DNA of 64,000 nt from Eledone cirrhosa (GCA_964016885.1 OZ024743.1:202926001-202990000), one strand, 5' to 3'; positions 1 through 13,556 are shown, numbered from the stretch's first letter. Numbers and translations: made by a program. Notes: generated by a model not told the origin, from the letters alone.

Positions 1-452
1 TTACACTCAGGAGAAAGACAATTAATAGCAGCATTATCTGAGATTTAACCGTATAATGTGACAGTTAGACACACTAAAGTAGTGTAAGCTCTTGTCTGAT
101 AAACCTTCTTGCTTCAATTTGAGTTTCAAGTAGATGAATAAAATGTTACATATCGCTATTAAGTAAGGTAATATATAGCTCGAACACACTATACTCGCTT
201 GTATATATATATATATATATATATATGTGTGCGTGTGTGTATATATATTTATTAATTTTAAACAAAAGTTGTATCTCATATCGCTCTATTTCTGATGTGA
301 ATGGACACCGGGATATTACAGTGATTGCATAACCCGACTAGTAATTGCGTAAGCATCTAACGAAGTCATATGAACAGAGATATATATAATGCAATAAAAA
401 ATTATGTTAATTTAATCGCGTCTTAACTACCATTATTTTATATATATATATA

Positions 453-946
453 TATAAAGTAAAGCATGTCCATAGAATCATTTGATAATATATATCATTT
501 CTTCTCCCAATTAGCACAATTAACCACACAAAATATCAATTAGACCAGGCTATAAGATTAGAAGGCACCTATGAAGAAACAGTAAATAAATAAACGATAG
601 CAGCGTCTTCGCGACCAACCGCTATAGAATATTTACCCAACATTTCAACAGCACGTGGAAATTAATTAAATGCTTATATACATACCAGGATTAAATTCCT
701 AAATCCCGACCCATGGGTTTCGTTCTCATTTTAAGATATCCTATTAAGGATAAATCTCGAGTCTTCAGGGGACAAACTCGCTAGGACAGATTATTTTCTG
801 AAGTGGCCCCCGCCAAACACGAATTCAAAATGGCTGAGAACTGTGACGTCGCAGTGGTCAAGTCAGAAAGAGTGTGATTGGTTGCTTACGGCGAGAAGAA
901 ATGATATATATTATCAAATAATTCTATGGACATGCTTTACTTTATA
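453..946 (-). mobile_element. Non-coding fold-back element with ~54-bp inverted ends and an internal hammerhead ribozyme (probable non-autonomous PLE derivative)
   Basis: 453-506 (ataaagtaaagcatgtccatagaat...cttctc) is the near-perfect reverse complement of 893-946; starts in (TA)n; HHR at 704-772. Confidence 0.7.
704..772 (-). ncRNA. Type I hammerhead ribozyme motif
   Basis: Minus strand: UCCC-CUGAAGA-[long stem II including UAUCCU/AGGAUA]-GAAA-CCCAUGGG-UC^GGGA; stem I UCCC/GGGA, palindromic stem III ACCCAUGGGU, GUC cleavage triplet. Confidence 0.8.
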
Positions 947-1307
947 GTATTTTGCTCTGATTATTTAATTTATTAATTCTTCATTGAGCCACATCGTGAA
1001 TAGTTGGCAAAACACATATATATCTGTGTCTTTGTTTAATTGGTGTATATGTAAATATTTATATGTAAGTATGTATGTCTACGTACATACATATATGTAT
1101 ACAGACGTACAGTAGCATGCATATACATAAGTAAGTGCCGTACTAAGAGTTAGAAATGAAATTTCGTTTTCATTTTATTACAACTTATCCTTTTCGGTGC
1201 GCGTGGCCGACTGAACTCACTCGATATGCAAATTAGGTTGCCCAGCCGTTAATTTTCATAAGGAAATTATATACTTTCGAACGTTCAACCATCTGGCAGA
1301 AGGGTAT

Positions 1308-1350
1308 ACGGTGCTGATGATAGCTAAGAAGCTTGAAACTAGTACATCGT
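1308..1350 (+). ncRNA. Minimal type I hammerhead ribozyme (array unit 1, intact core)
   Basis: ACGGUG-CUGAUGA-UAGCU AAGA AGCUU-GAAA-CUAG-UA^CAUCGU; 6-bp stem I, AGCU/AGCU stem II, palindromic ACUAGU stem III. Confidence 0.85.
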
Positions 1351-1770
1351 TCCTGTGTCAGTGTTGAACAAAAAGGTGACGTGGTTGCCTTAAAACCGTA
1401 CGGCATAAATTCAGGCTGTCAGTTTGTTTACAAACGGAGCAAGCGGGCGTTATAATAAACGTCCGCTAAACTGATACGTACATATATGTATGTGTACCTG
1501 TATGTATATATATATATATATATGTATATGCATGCTACTGTACATCTGTATACATATATATATATGTACGTATACATACATACTTACATTTAAGTAAGTG
1601 CCGTACTAAGAGTGAGAAATGAAATTTCGTTTTCATTTTATTACAACTTATCCTTTTCGGTGCGCCTGGCCGACTGAACTCACTCGATATGCAAATTAGG
1701 CTGCTCAGCCGTTAATTTTCATAAGGAAAGTATATACTTTCGAACGTTCAACCATCTGGCAGAAGGGTAT

Positions 1771-1812
1771 ACGGTGCTGATGATAGCTAAGAAGCTTTAA
1801 CTAGTACATCGT
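1771..1812 (+). ncRNA. Hammerhead ribozyme, array unit 2 (GAAA replaced by UAA; probably inactive)
   Basis: Same as 1308-1350 except ...AGCUU-UAA-CUAGUA... Confidence 0.7.
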
Positions 1813-1962
1813 TCCTGTGTCAGTGTTGAACAAAAAGGTGACGTGGTTGCCTTAACACCGTACGGCATAAATTCAGGCTGTCAGTTTGTTTACAAACGGA
1901 CAAAGCGGGCGTTATAATAAACGTCCGCTAAACTGATACGTACATATATGCATGTGTACCTG

Positions 1963-2086
<124 letters not shown>

Positions 2087-2321
2087 TGCTACTGTACGTC
2101 TGTATACATATATGTATGTACGTATGCATACATACTTACATTTAAGTAAGTGCCGTACTAAGAGTGAGAAATGAAATTTCGTTTTCATTTTATTACAACT
2201 TATCGTTTTCGGTGCGCCTGGCCGACTGAACTTACTCGATATGCAAATTAGGCTGCTCAGCCTATATTTTCATAAGGAAAGTATATACTTTCGAACGTTC
2301 AACCATCTGGCAGAAGGGTAT

Positions 2322-2364
2322 ACGGTGCTGATGATAGCTAAGAAGCTTGAAACTATTACATCGT
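2322..2364 (+). ncRNA. Hammerhead ribozyme, array unit 3 (stem III CUAG changed to CUAU)
   Basis: ACGGUG-CUGAUGA-...-GAAA-CUAU-UA^CAUCGU. Confidence 0.75.
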
Positions 2365-2518
2365 TCCTGTGTCAGTGTTGAACAAAAAGGTGACGTGGTT
2401 GCCTTAACACCGTACGGCATAAATTCAGGCTGTCAGTTTGTTTACAAACGGACAAAGCGTGTGTTATAATAAACGTCCGCTAAACTGATATGTACATATA
2501 TGCATGTGTACCTGTATG

Positions 2519-2643
<125 letters not shown>

Positions 2644-3046
2644 GCATGCTACTGTACGTCTGTATGTATATATGTATGTACGTATACATACATACTTACA
2701 TTTAAGTAAGTGCCGTACTAACAGTGAGAAATGAAATTTCGTTTTCATTTTATTACAACTTAAATATTTATATATATATATATATTATTATACTTTGGGA
2801 GGGTCATGCTACTAATAAAAACACACGCACATTTCGGGTTTCATTTCAATTTAGTATAAATTTTGACCTTGTTGGTTCAATAAGGGATGGGTGTTTAAAT
2901 ATTGTCAAAGCTCTTTTCTCACACAGAATATGATTAGGCTTCTATTTTGTGTTTCTCCTTTGTTCTGATAAGACATCTTGCAAAACACATTCAAAAACGA
3001 AATATACATATATATATATATATATATATTGTGTGTGTGTGTATGC

Positions 3047-3127
<81 letters not shown>

Positions 3128-3351
3128 TGTGTGTGTGTGTGTTTTCCGAAAAGATTGTTTTAGTAAAAACAGGAGCAGCAGGAGAAAGTTCTCAACATTC
3201 GTAGTTTGTAGTTACGATTGAGATTCAGTATAATAATAACATTAATAAAAATGATGATCTTACATAATGCATGAATTGCATCTTGATTGCATGGGAGAAC
3301 CGTTGAAATAATGTTAATGTAACATCAGCATCTTTATTAATGTTATTTTAT

Positions 3352-3446
<95 letters not shown>

Positions 3447-3639
3447 TGTGTGTGTGTGTGTAGCTCAAGGAGGCAACACACAGATGTACAAAATATTTTA
3501 TTAGTTTCACGCTTTATATTGGAAAGAGGAACGCAGGTTTGACCTGTCGGGCTCAAGTCCTCCTTCAGGAGTCCAAAATAGAAATAGGATCACAATGGAG
3601 AAACGGAAAGAAGGTCCAGTAAAGATATTAAAAAAAACC

Positions 3640-3877
<238 letters not shown>

Positions 3878-4253
3878 CAAATACAAAGCAGAAAACTAGA
3901 TAGGAGATGACCCAAGAATATGTTGAGAAACACCACTGAGAAAAGGTGTATGAAATAACCATATGTATGAGTGCAATATACATATGTTGATGGGGAATCT
4001 TTCTTAATGTCTATTATTCATGTTTTTGTTATCATGTTTCATAGCTGAGATGGAATATTCGAATGTGAAATATAAATAATAAAACAGCATGAATTCATTA
4101 GACGTTGAACTTCATTTACAACGTAATGGAAAATAAAGCTAATGTATATCTAAGATATATTTTTTGTTGGTGTAAATAAAGCATGTTTTTGTAATTTACA
4201 ACACACAGATAGTCACACATAAACGCACTCATACACACACACACACACACACG

Positions 4254-4286
<33 letters not shown>

Positions 4287-5166
4287 GAGTATGGATATAT
4301 AAATATAGATGTGTCTATGCATGTATGTCAGGTCGCTCTCAAGTGCTATTGGTAAAATGTAACCCAATACATTCTGTCTCATGGTCGGATCGTCGGAGAA
4401 GGGTGATATTTGGACACCCTGCGGGGTGAAATAGAAGACCCGGCAAAGGCTGAAGGAACTCAGCAGAGTCATCGGCAATCCAAATTGACCCCCCCCCCAC
4501 CTCACACACACATGGGAGGGAAAGGCCCCCAGTTGTTGTCACAACACCTTTCTAGGAGAGAGAAACTCTGAAAAAAAAGAACCTACGGCTTCGGAAGCAT
4601 CCGATAATGTTAACTGGTTCTCCTTTTCGGGTAGTGTTTTCGATGCTCAGAGAGTGGGATTGGTCGAGTGCAAGGCTTTTCCCCACTTAAAAACCTTCAA
4701 AACACAGGCATTGATTGTTCAGGAGTTGTTACAGGTTCGTGTGGCTGGCCGTAGCCTAAACGTGCACCAAACTCTATAAACTGACAAGCGATTGCAGTAC
4801 TCTTAGCATAGTTTGCAGTCATCATATATGTATGCATGTATGCATGTATGCATGTATGCATGTTGCATGTATGTATGTATGAATGTATGTATGTATGCAT
4901 GCATGTATGTATATGACATCATGACACATCTATAAAAATAGAGTTGAAGTAGGGACAGACGATTGTATAAGGTGAGAATTGAAATCAAAGTAGACAAAAT
5001 ATTTACAGATAACATGCAGTAGACAAAATTTATGCATGAAAGCATAACCGGAGCTATATGGTCTTTAAAGCGATGAAATACCAATGAAGGTTGGAAGATC
5101 ACTGATGAAGGACTCAATTTATTCATATGTAACCCATTTTCAACCACGCAGCACGCCATGTTTTCA

Positions 5167-5196
<30 letters not shown>

Positions 5197-5198
<2 letters not shown>

Positions 5199-5345
5199 GG
5201 AAAAGAGTCAGGACGTCGACGGCTGAGCTCCGGCCGTTTCGACAGCTCCACCTGAACGCACTCTATTTCCGACTCTACTACCCTAAGTATCGAGTAATCC
5301 GGTGCGTTATGGTCCACCTGGTTCCTTACCACACATCCTTCATTA
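5197..5345 (+). mobile_element. Short non-autonomous copy of the same PLE 3' end with an inverted 5' segment
   Basis: Inverted HHR 3' half (gacggctgagctccggccgtttcga) joined to ctctactaccctaagtatcgagta...ggttccttaccaca; flanked by (TA)n on both sides. Confidence 0.75.
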
Positions 5346-5471
5346 TATATATATATAATATATATATATATGTGTGTGTGTGTATGTGTGTGTGTATGTG
5401 TGTGTGTGGGGGGGGGTGTATGTGTGTGTGTGTGTGTGTGTGCGTGTATGTATATACTGAAGAAATTTAAC

Positions 5472-5649
5472 TGTTTCTACTTTAGGCACAAGCCCAGCAA
5501 TTACCCAGTTCATTACTGGTACTTTATTTTATCGACCCCGTAAGGATGAAAGGCAAAGTTAACCTCGGCGGGATTTGAACTCAGATCGTAAAGGGACGTA
5601 ACTATGCTGGAAAGCATGGCGTCCGACCCTCTACCGATACTGCCAATCC
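5472..5649 (-). mobile_element. tRNA-derived SINE with Nin/Deu-type core
   Basis: Sense strand has A-box-like TGGCAGTATCGG, B-box GTTCAAATC and core gcctttcatccttacggggtcgataaaataaagtaccag; 16-bp TSD actgaagaaatttaac (5456-5471, 5650-5665). Confidence 0.9.
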
Positions 5650-5964
5650 ACTGAAGAAATTTAACGAGAGAAGACAAGACAACGAACGGAAACCAGGCAA
5701 AAGACATTTTTAAGAAATGAAAATACAAATGAAGGACACAGAACTCCAGAGTCATCGGCCTTTGAAATGAACTTTGTAAATTTCTACCCCTATCAACGGT
5801 GCCGCTGCTTCACACTTGGTCAAACGCTGTCCATTGGAGTAAGAGACGAGAAACAAAACATTGATTTATAGCAATTAAGCTATAACAAGTACACATAATT
5901 TAAAGTGACGTCAATGATAAAGTGTATATTTATGTGTGCGTGTGTGCGTGTGCGTGTGTGTCTT

Positions 5965-5989
<25 letters not shown>

Positions 5990-6000
<11 letters not shown>

Positions 6001-7021
6001 AATGGCAATTTCTGTCTGTTTATGTGTTCGTTTGTGGATTTGTTTGTGAACCTAAAAACCGATCTCGATGAAACTTGACACGCGTGTGGCTCTCATGCCC
6101 ATTTGATTTCTTACGTACTTTGAAGTTTTAAAAAATCGATAATTTCCAGTCTACATCGATTCTTTATAAATCAATAGGACATTTGCATGCAAATGCTCAT
6201 ATGAATGATATTTTCTGCCATAACTTTTAACATTCTCAACCGATTTCCTTTACATTTGAAACACAGATAGGTTATGGGCTAAGGGTGGCTTGAGGCTAAG
6301 ATAGAATCATCCCAAACAACTCGCGGAAGGCAACAAGCCACACAAACCTATGTTGCATTTGGTTTGTTTCTTCTGATATGAGCAACCAATTTGTTTTAAA
6401 CTGTACAGTTGCATTATTTATGTATCTATAAGGTGTTAAAAGTTTCCCCAGGGCACCTTAATAAAGCGAAAACACCGCAAATATTGAATGTTGCAAATGC
6501 TTTTTTCAAACATCATACATACACCACTTATGTGCAGTGGATGGTTTTCTCCAGCGGGACAGAAGGCTGTACAACAATGGAATGGATAACAATTGAATTT
6601 TTTCCTCCACGGGCCGAGTTTTACCCAGACGAACAGGATTTATGGGCTCTGGTTGGGTAATACGGGGGTATTTTCCAAAAATGTATAGTAGGCGGAACCC
6701 TTTGCGAATCGAATAAAAATCTTCAACGGGCCACAGTTCACACGCGAGCCGTAAAGATATTTAAAAATATCCTACCCACCCTAGGCTCTGTCATCTTTGC
6801 TGTTAACATGCGTATATTTAACCGAATGGAACATCTTGAGGGACGGATAGAAGGCCTCTGCGATCGCATTAACCAGCTGGTCGTGGTGTGGACATCCCCG
6901 GCGATGACCGTGTTTTCCTATAAGACTTAATTCAACCGAGAGCTTCGGCAAGTTTTATATCTGCAGAAACAATGAAACAATTGTATTACTTAAACCCTAG
7001 CAACGCTGGATACCTCAGTAG
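5990..7021 (+). mobile_element. Probable non-autonomous Helitron-like element (degraded)
   Basis: 5' tgtctgtt run, aaccgat motifs, and 3' hairpin ccctagcaacgctgg followed by gtag-t; same layout as 34885-35529. Confidence 0.5.
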
Positions 7022-7052
<31 letters not shown>

Positions 7053-7124
7053 GTGTATGTATATATGCATTTATATATGTATGTATGGAGGTATTTACGT
7101 TTTAAAATATATATTGACAATAAT

Positions 7125-7301
7125 TGTTTCTACTTTAGGCACAAGGCCAGCAATTAACCAATGCATTACTGGTACTTTATTTTATCGACCCCCGTAAGGA
7201 TGAAAGGCAAAGTCAACCTCGGCGGGATTTGAACTCAGATCGTAAAGGGACGTAACTATGCTGGAAAGCATGGCGTCCGACTCTCTACCGATACTGCCAA
7301 T
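7125..7301 (-). mobile_element. tRNA-derived Nin/Deu-core SINE
   Basis: Near-identical to 5472-5649. Confidence 0.9.
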
Positions 7302-7424
7302 AGGGCATGGAGTTTTGTAGGAGTTTTAATACTGGTGGAGCCAATCCATCTCCAGCTCTGAATGTAGCTTCTCCCTCCTAGGAATAGAGAGGAAATGAGA
7401 AAGAGATACAGAAAAAGAATCCTG

Positions 7425-7542
7425 GACTGGTATTCCTTTTATCGACCTAGAAAGGATAAAAAACAAAGATGACTACGTCGGAATTAGAACTCACAGAGTA
7501 GAGAACGGAAGGCGCAAACAATACTTATCCGACTCTCCGCCC
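7425..7542 (-). mobile_element. Degenerate SINE of a related family
   Basis: actggtattccttttatcgacctagaaaggataaaa...ggaattagaactc resembles the SINE core and B-box. Confidence 0.55.
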
Positions 7543-7609
7543 ACATATGTATGAATATATATATATACATCTATGCGTGTGTTCATGTATGTGTGTGCAT
7601 GTACGTGAG

Positions 7610-7642
<33 letters not shown>

Positions 7643-7697
7643 GTGAGGTTTTTTTTACAAAATGAAAACTAACCGAAGTGTCCTACACGAGTGAAAG

Positions 7698-7886
7698 TAT
7701 AAAGAAAAAGAGATGAAATCGAAAATGCAACTGGATGTGAGAAAAACCACGGACCCTCCATCTCAACTCACCTTTTGAAAAGCAGAAGAACTGCGAAACC
7801 GGTAAAGGAACCAAATAAATATATATATTTAAAAAAAAAAAATAAGACTCCAGTTGCATTTTCGATTTCATCTCTTTTTCTTTATA
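7698..7886 (+). mobile_element. 189-bp fold-back element with 38-bp inverted ends enclosing an HHR
   Basis: 7698-7735 is the reverse complement of 7849-7886; ends in (TA)n; related copy at ~21971-22105 lacks the inverted end. Confidence 0.8.
7771..7808 (+). ncRNA. Minimal type I hammerhead, U3-A8 core variant
   Basis: CCUU-UUGAAAA-GCAG AAGAA CUGC-GAAA-CCGG-UA^AAGG; all three stems form; palindromic ACCGGU. Confidence 0.82.
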
Positions 7887-7896
7887 TATATATATA

Positions 7897-8088
7897 TAGG
7901 AACGAGTAGGACCCCGACGGCTGAGCTCAAGCCGTTTCGACGGCTAATTATGTCCAGAATTAACCTTCGAAACGGCTTGAGCTCATCCGTCGGGGTCCTA
8001 CTCGTTCCTATTACCCACTCTACTACCCTAAGTATTGAGTACTTTGGTGCGTTATGGTCCACCTGGTTCCTTACCACATTTCCTTCGT

Positions 8089-8090
<2 letters not shown>
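7897..8090 (+). mobile_element. Non-autonomous PLE 3'-end copy with ~44-bp inverted duplication (hairpin)
   Basis: 7897-7940 pairs with 7967-8010; the tail matches 28713-28793; flanked by (TA)n. Confidence 0.85.
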
Positions 8091-8129
<39 letters not shown>

Positions 8130-9024
8130 AGCTGATCGAATCTATACATTTTTATAGTTCACAGATAATTAAAAGCTTACTAACCGAAACATTTATAACA
8201 AAGATTACGTGAATTTTTTCATTTCACACACCTGCTTAGCTTTCAAATTATATATAGTCAGCACCATGGAAGTAATTATGTTGTTAAATTGCAATTCGAT
8301 GTTGTAATTATTATTATTATTATTATTATTATTTTTTTTTTTTTGCAATATTACGAATGTGTATAAAAACCTTATCCAAGTAGGTTTTATCTTTATTACT
8401 TTCTTTTCTGAACATATGCATGCAATATAGTATTTTTCAATCTAGTTGTTAGTTTTATTTGATTTCTTTTTTGTACATTCCACTATAATGACAGATATAC
8501 ACAGATATATAGAGAGAGAGACGCGCACCCACACATAAATATATGTATATGTGTATACCTATCTATCTATCTCTCTCTATATATATGTATATATATATAT
8601 ACATGTGTGTGTATGTGTGTGTATAGTTATGTATGTTTGTATGTATATATATATACATCTGTGTGTGTGTATATATTTGCCTGCGTATTTTTCTATAGAC
8701 ACCCTCACACACACAAGCATACATGTATATATTCTTTCTAAAATATGCATATTTTTGTGTTTGTGCGTGTATGTGTTTATATGTAGCTCTCTGTCAGTAT
8801 ATGTTAATGTCCACGCAATTGTGTATGTGTGTGTATGTTTGTCTGTGTGCCCTCATATTTTATGTTTCACTGTTTTCCATAAAATGTCCATTTATTTTCT
8901 GAATTGGTAAAAGACATCCGTAAGAATAATTACCGGATTGTGTATAGAAAGCTTAGCATTATAAAATCAATTAAACTTCTCAATACTTGATGTACTATTC
9001 ACCAATATTATTGGGTTATTATTT

Positions 9025-9210
9025 GGGCGGTTGATTGGCAGTATCGGTAGAGGGTCGGACGCCATGCTTTGACGCATTGAGTTACGGCCCTTGCCATTCT
9101 GATTTCAAATCCCGCCGAGGTTAACTTTGCCTTTCATCCTTACGGGGTCGATAAAATAAAGTACCAGTAATACACTGGATAATTGCTGGCCTTGTGCCAA
9201 AAGTAGAAAC
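9025..9210 (+). mobile_element. tRNA-derived Nin/Deu-core SINE
   Basis: Full-length from gggcgg; 18-bp TSD attattgggttattattt (9007-9024, 9212-9229). Confidence 0.9.
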
Positions 9211-9461
9211 CATTATTGGGTTATTATTTAGAGCTTACGTATTAAACTATTCATGCTTTTGGTTCTACTTTACTCTCTATAGTCATGTCACAAACTTAAT
9301 ATATGTATTCCTAACTGAATTTATTGGATTACTTAAATGAGCGAAATTTTATAGAAATGTATAAGGTTGACGATCCAAAACTACGTACTTGTTCACTCAT
9401 TCAGTCCTAAGTAAATTAACTCTGGGATGAAAATCACAGTGTATTTATCATTCGATTACCC

Positions 9462-9567
<106 letters not shown>

Positions 9568-9679
9568 TAGTAAAAGGAAAATAAAATGCTGACAAATTTT
9601 TCCCAGTGAAAAAAGTTTAATTAGGAATAAGTATAAATTAGGAATAAGTATTGGTTAGTATTCAGTTTTAGTTTTAAGT

Positions 9680-9715
9680 TTTTACCGGTTGCGCATTTCT
9701 AATGCTTTTCAAAAA
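9680..9715 (-). ncRNA. Degenerate hammerhead, same family as 7771-7808
   Basis: UUU-UUGAAAA-GCAU UAGAA AUGC-GCAA-CCGG-UA^AAA; stem II covaries with GCAG/CUGC; GAAA mutated to GCAA. Confidence 0.65.
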
Positions 9716-9780
9716 TAATTTTGAGATAGAGTGCTCGTGATGTTTGCTCTAATCCGATATATATATATATATATATACAT

Positions 9781-9980
9781 ATAACAAAGAAAGTGTGGTA
9801 AGGAACCAGGTGAACCATAACGCACCAGAGTACTCGATACTTAGGGTAGTAGAGTGGTAATAGGAAAAGAGTCAGGACCCCGACGGCTGATCTCCGACCT
9901 TTCGACAGCGAGATCCTAACAGTTTGGATCTAGCTGTCGAAACAGCCGGAGCTCAGCCGCCGGGGTCCTGACTCTTCTCC

Positions 9981-9982
<2 letters not shown>
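9781..9982 (-). mobile_element. Non-autonomous PLE 3'-end copy with inverted duplication
   Basis: Reverse-strand match to 28680-28793 plus hairpin 9861-9982; flanked by (TA)n. Confidence 0.8.
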
Positions 9983-10013
<31 letters not shown>

Positions 10014-10127
10014 GTAATATTATTACTCTAAGGACCCACCCTTAATGAGTGCTTTGCTACTCATTCCTAATTGTAGGTCGACTTTGCTTTGCCACAACCA
10101 AAGCTTCGATTCCACTAAGCTTCCACT

Positions 10128-10545
<418 letters not shown>

Positions 10546-11342
10546 TCACTACGGCGCCCGTACAAGTCAGTAAGGAGTTATGTTCGCATGGATGGAAGAA
10601 TACGGATGTGTGGTGTGTGTCTGGTTGGATAAATCTTCCATATTTTCTTTTGTGTATTTTTTTTTTTTTCTGTTACAATCGCCGTTAGAATCTTACTGAT
10701 GTCAACTTTGCTTTTTAGACTTCTGCCTTTGCTGAAACAAATATTAGTTCCGCAATGGAATCAATATAACTAACCGTTATCTCATCATAAAATGTATCAG
10801 CTCGTATGCTTGTTATTAATCATTGCATCATTTCAATATATAAATACATGTGTAAACAAAGTAGGGTTTCAAATAACATGTGTTCTTCTGTATCTGTTAC
10901 ATATGCTAGGTTCTGATTCCAGCTGCCATTGACTTTTACCTTACCATTACTACTTCATATAGTAGCCTGTATATTCCATTCATGCCTGTATATTCTCTTC
11001 ATTCTCGCATGCTCCGAAGAACTGACTGGTTATAATTTTGTATTGGCGATCGAGTAACGTGAAAACAAGCGAATAGCGATCTCTAGACCTACCAGTTCAG
11101 AGAAACAATTGTCAGCAATGAGATTAAAAACCTTTTTTGTATTGCAAACCATGTCAATCTTCTTTCCTGATTTATTATTACTCCAAGTGTTTACAACATA
11201 GGAATTACAGCATACTCGCAACATCACTATGAATACGCCTTGTTGAGTCTAACCAAGCCTAGCGTTGATATCATCCACTACCCGGAATACCATAACTGGA
11301 CTACACCTAAGGGGACTGGATATAACTATTATTTGTTACCCC

Positions 11343-11415
<73 letters not shown>

Positions 11416-11489
11416 TATATATATATATATATATAGTTAATAAATGAAACAAAAACAAAACACAGGAAGGAACATGAGGGGGGGGGGGG

Positions 11490-11795
11490 TATGTGTGTAG
11501 CTTGGTAGTTAGAGCGTTTACCTCACAATAGTAATGGTGTGTGTTCGAATGCTGGACCAGGCGGTAAGTTGTTTTCTTGGGTAAACACATTGTTTCAAGT
11601 TCACTCAGCTGTAGAAATAAGTTGCCACGCCTCTAGTGTCAAGCTGTATCGGCCATTTCATTTCCTTTAGACAACATGGTGGAGTGGAGAAGGGAGACTG
11701 CGTATGCATGAGCAACTGCTGGTCTTCAACAAATACTTGCTTCGGCTTGTGTTTTAGAAGAGAACTTTCTAGGTACAAAACAATGTTCATCATCT
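11490..11795 (+). mobile_element. Degenerate tRNA-derived SINE (second family)
   Basis: gtgtagcttggtagttagagcg (A-box-like), gttcgaatgc (B-box-like), and ttcactcagctgtagaaataagt shared with 16975-17136. Confidence 0.6.
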
Positions 11796-12296
11796 CAGTG
11801 TATGTTTGTATGTGTGTATGTTACATTTTTGTATTGTTTCTAAGTATGTGAGTGTGTGTATTTCCACGTGCCTGTTGGAATTCTTTTCTGTTCTATGTGT
11901 GTATGCATGTGTAAGCACCTTTGGGTTTTTTATGCGTAGGCTTTTGTGAGTATATTTTCAGGTCAGGGAATGGATATGTATGTGTACAGAGTGTGTTTAC
12001 GTGTCTCCACGTATGTGTTTTTGAATTTCTGTATTGTCCGTAGCGGAATATCTTAGTGTTTTATTTGTATGTATGAGTGTGAACGTAAGTGTGTGTATGT
12101 TTATGTATGGGTATGGCTGTGTGTGAGTGGCTGTAAATATCCACATATAGCCAGGTGTCCAAAATAGATGCGGCAATTATTTTGGGGTTAGTAAAGTGGA
12201 CAGAGAGGAAGTGGTCATGTGGTCAGAAAGGAAGTGGTCATGTGGTGAGAGAGGTGTTGATGCATGCAGAACAGAAGTTGTTGTGGAGAGACTACG

Positions 12297-12375
<79 letters not shown>

Positions 12376-12428
12376 ATAGTAAAAATAATTAAAGTCAGAT
12401 TTGCAACTTGTGTAGAAACTTTATTTGT

Positions 12429-12512
12429 ATATTACAATTGTTTCAATATCAATCAGCTCGCGGTGATCAAGACGATCGACACCTGACTCTTCTTTGACAT
12501 CTCCTCAGACAT
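12429..12512 (-). ncRNA. Type I hammerhead motif with long stem II
   Basis: AUGU-CUGAGGA-GAUGUCAA...UUGAUAUU-GAAA-CAAUUG-UA^AUAU; palindromic ACAAUUGU stem III. Confidence 0.75.
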
Positions 12513-13011
12513 GTGAGTTCACATATGTGATCAACATCTAAACGTTGCTAGTTTTCCCGCGTTCCTTCTACATACACTTATTTTTAGTTAGTGGGGGAAA
12601 CGGTTATATGTAAAAGAAGCATAATAATTTTTTTTATTTAAAGATAACAAGTCAAAGAAAATGGGTACATGAAACTGGTTGAAGAAAGGAGAAATAACAA
12701 AAGTAAAAAAGAGAAGAAGAGAAAATGAGAAACAGAAGGGGAGAGGAAGAACAAAAACAAATGGGGAAGGTGGAAAGGGAAGAGAAGAGAAATAGAGTTA
12801 AAATTAAAGGATTGTATACAAAATAACAAATTCGATGTCGTTTGACACCATTGATTCTGGTGGTTTTATAGTCAGTGGGGATTCTTTGAGGTATCTGTTA
12901 GTTAGCTAGTTGTCATAAGGTCGGGTTATTGTTGGTTGCCTCAACGACGATAACAGCAACATCAACAATAACAACAACACACAGTTACAAACAGGTTACT
13001 CAATCGAATAA

Positions 13012-13273
<262 letters not shown>

Positions 13274-13515
13274 TAGTTGAAAAGAGGGGAAGTTCCATAC
13301 AAATCAAAGATTATATGTAAAAAGGTAAAAGTGGGAAGTACGTAAGTATATTCAAAGCATATCGTTTTCTCTTCTTCTTTAATCTGAAAGAATAAGAGTT
13401 TTCTTTTTTCTTTTAAAGGAGGGATTATAAAATATTCTCATTATACAGAAATGAAGAGACTTTTTTTTAATTTTCCAGTTTTTCCACATTTAATCCTTGA
13501 CTTTTTTTTAATTCT

Positions 13516-13556
13516 ATATTTGATACGATGAAATCACTCATCGAAATCGGTAATAT
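13516..13556 (+). ncRNA. Hammerhead motif, U3-A8 variant with A9 changed to C
   Basis: AUAU-UUGAUAC-GAUGA AAUCAC UCAUC-GAAA-UCGG-UA^AUAU; resembles 48498-48543. Confidence 0.6.

Noticed and set aside
3520-3575. Hammerhead-like CUGAAGG...GACA on the minus strand
   Set aside because: Two core mismatches and no stem I.
9025-9120. SINE heads as tRNA genes
   Set aside because: They have A/B boxes but no cloverleaf, continue into a SINE core, and carry TSDs.
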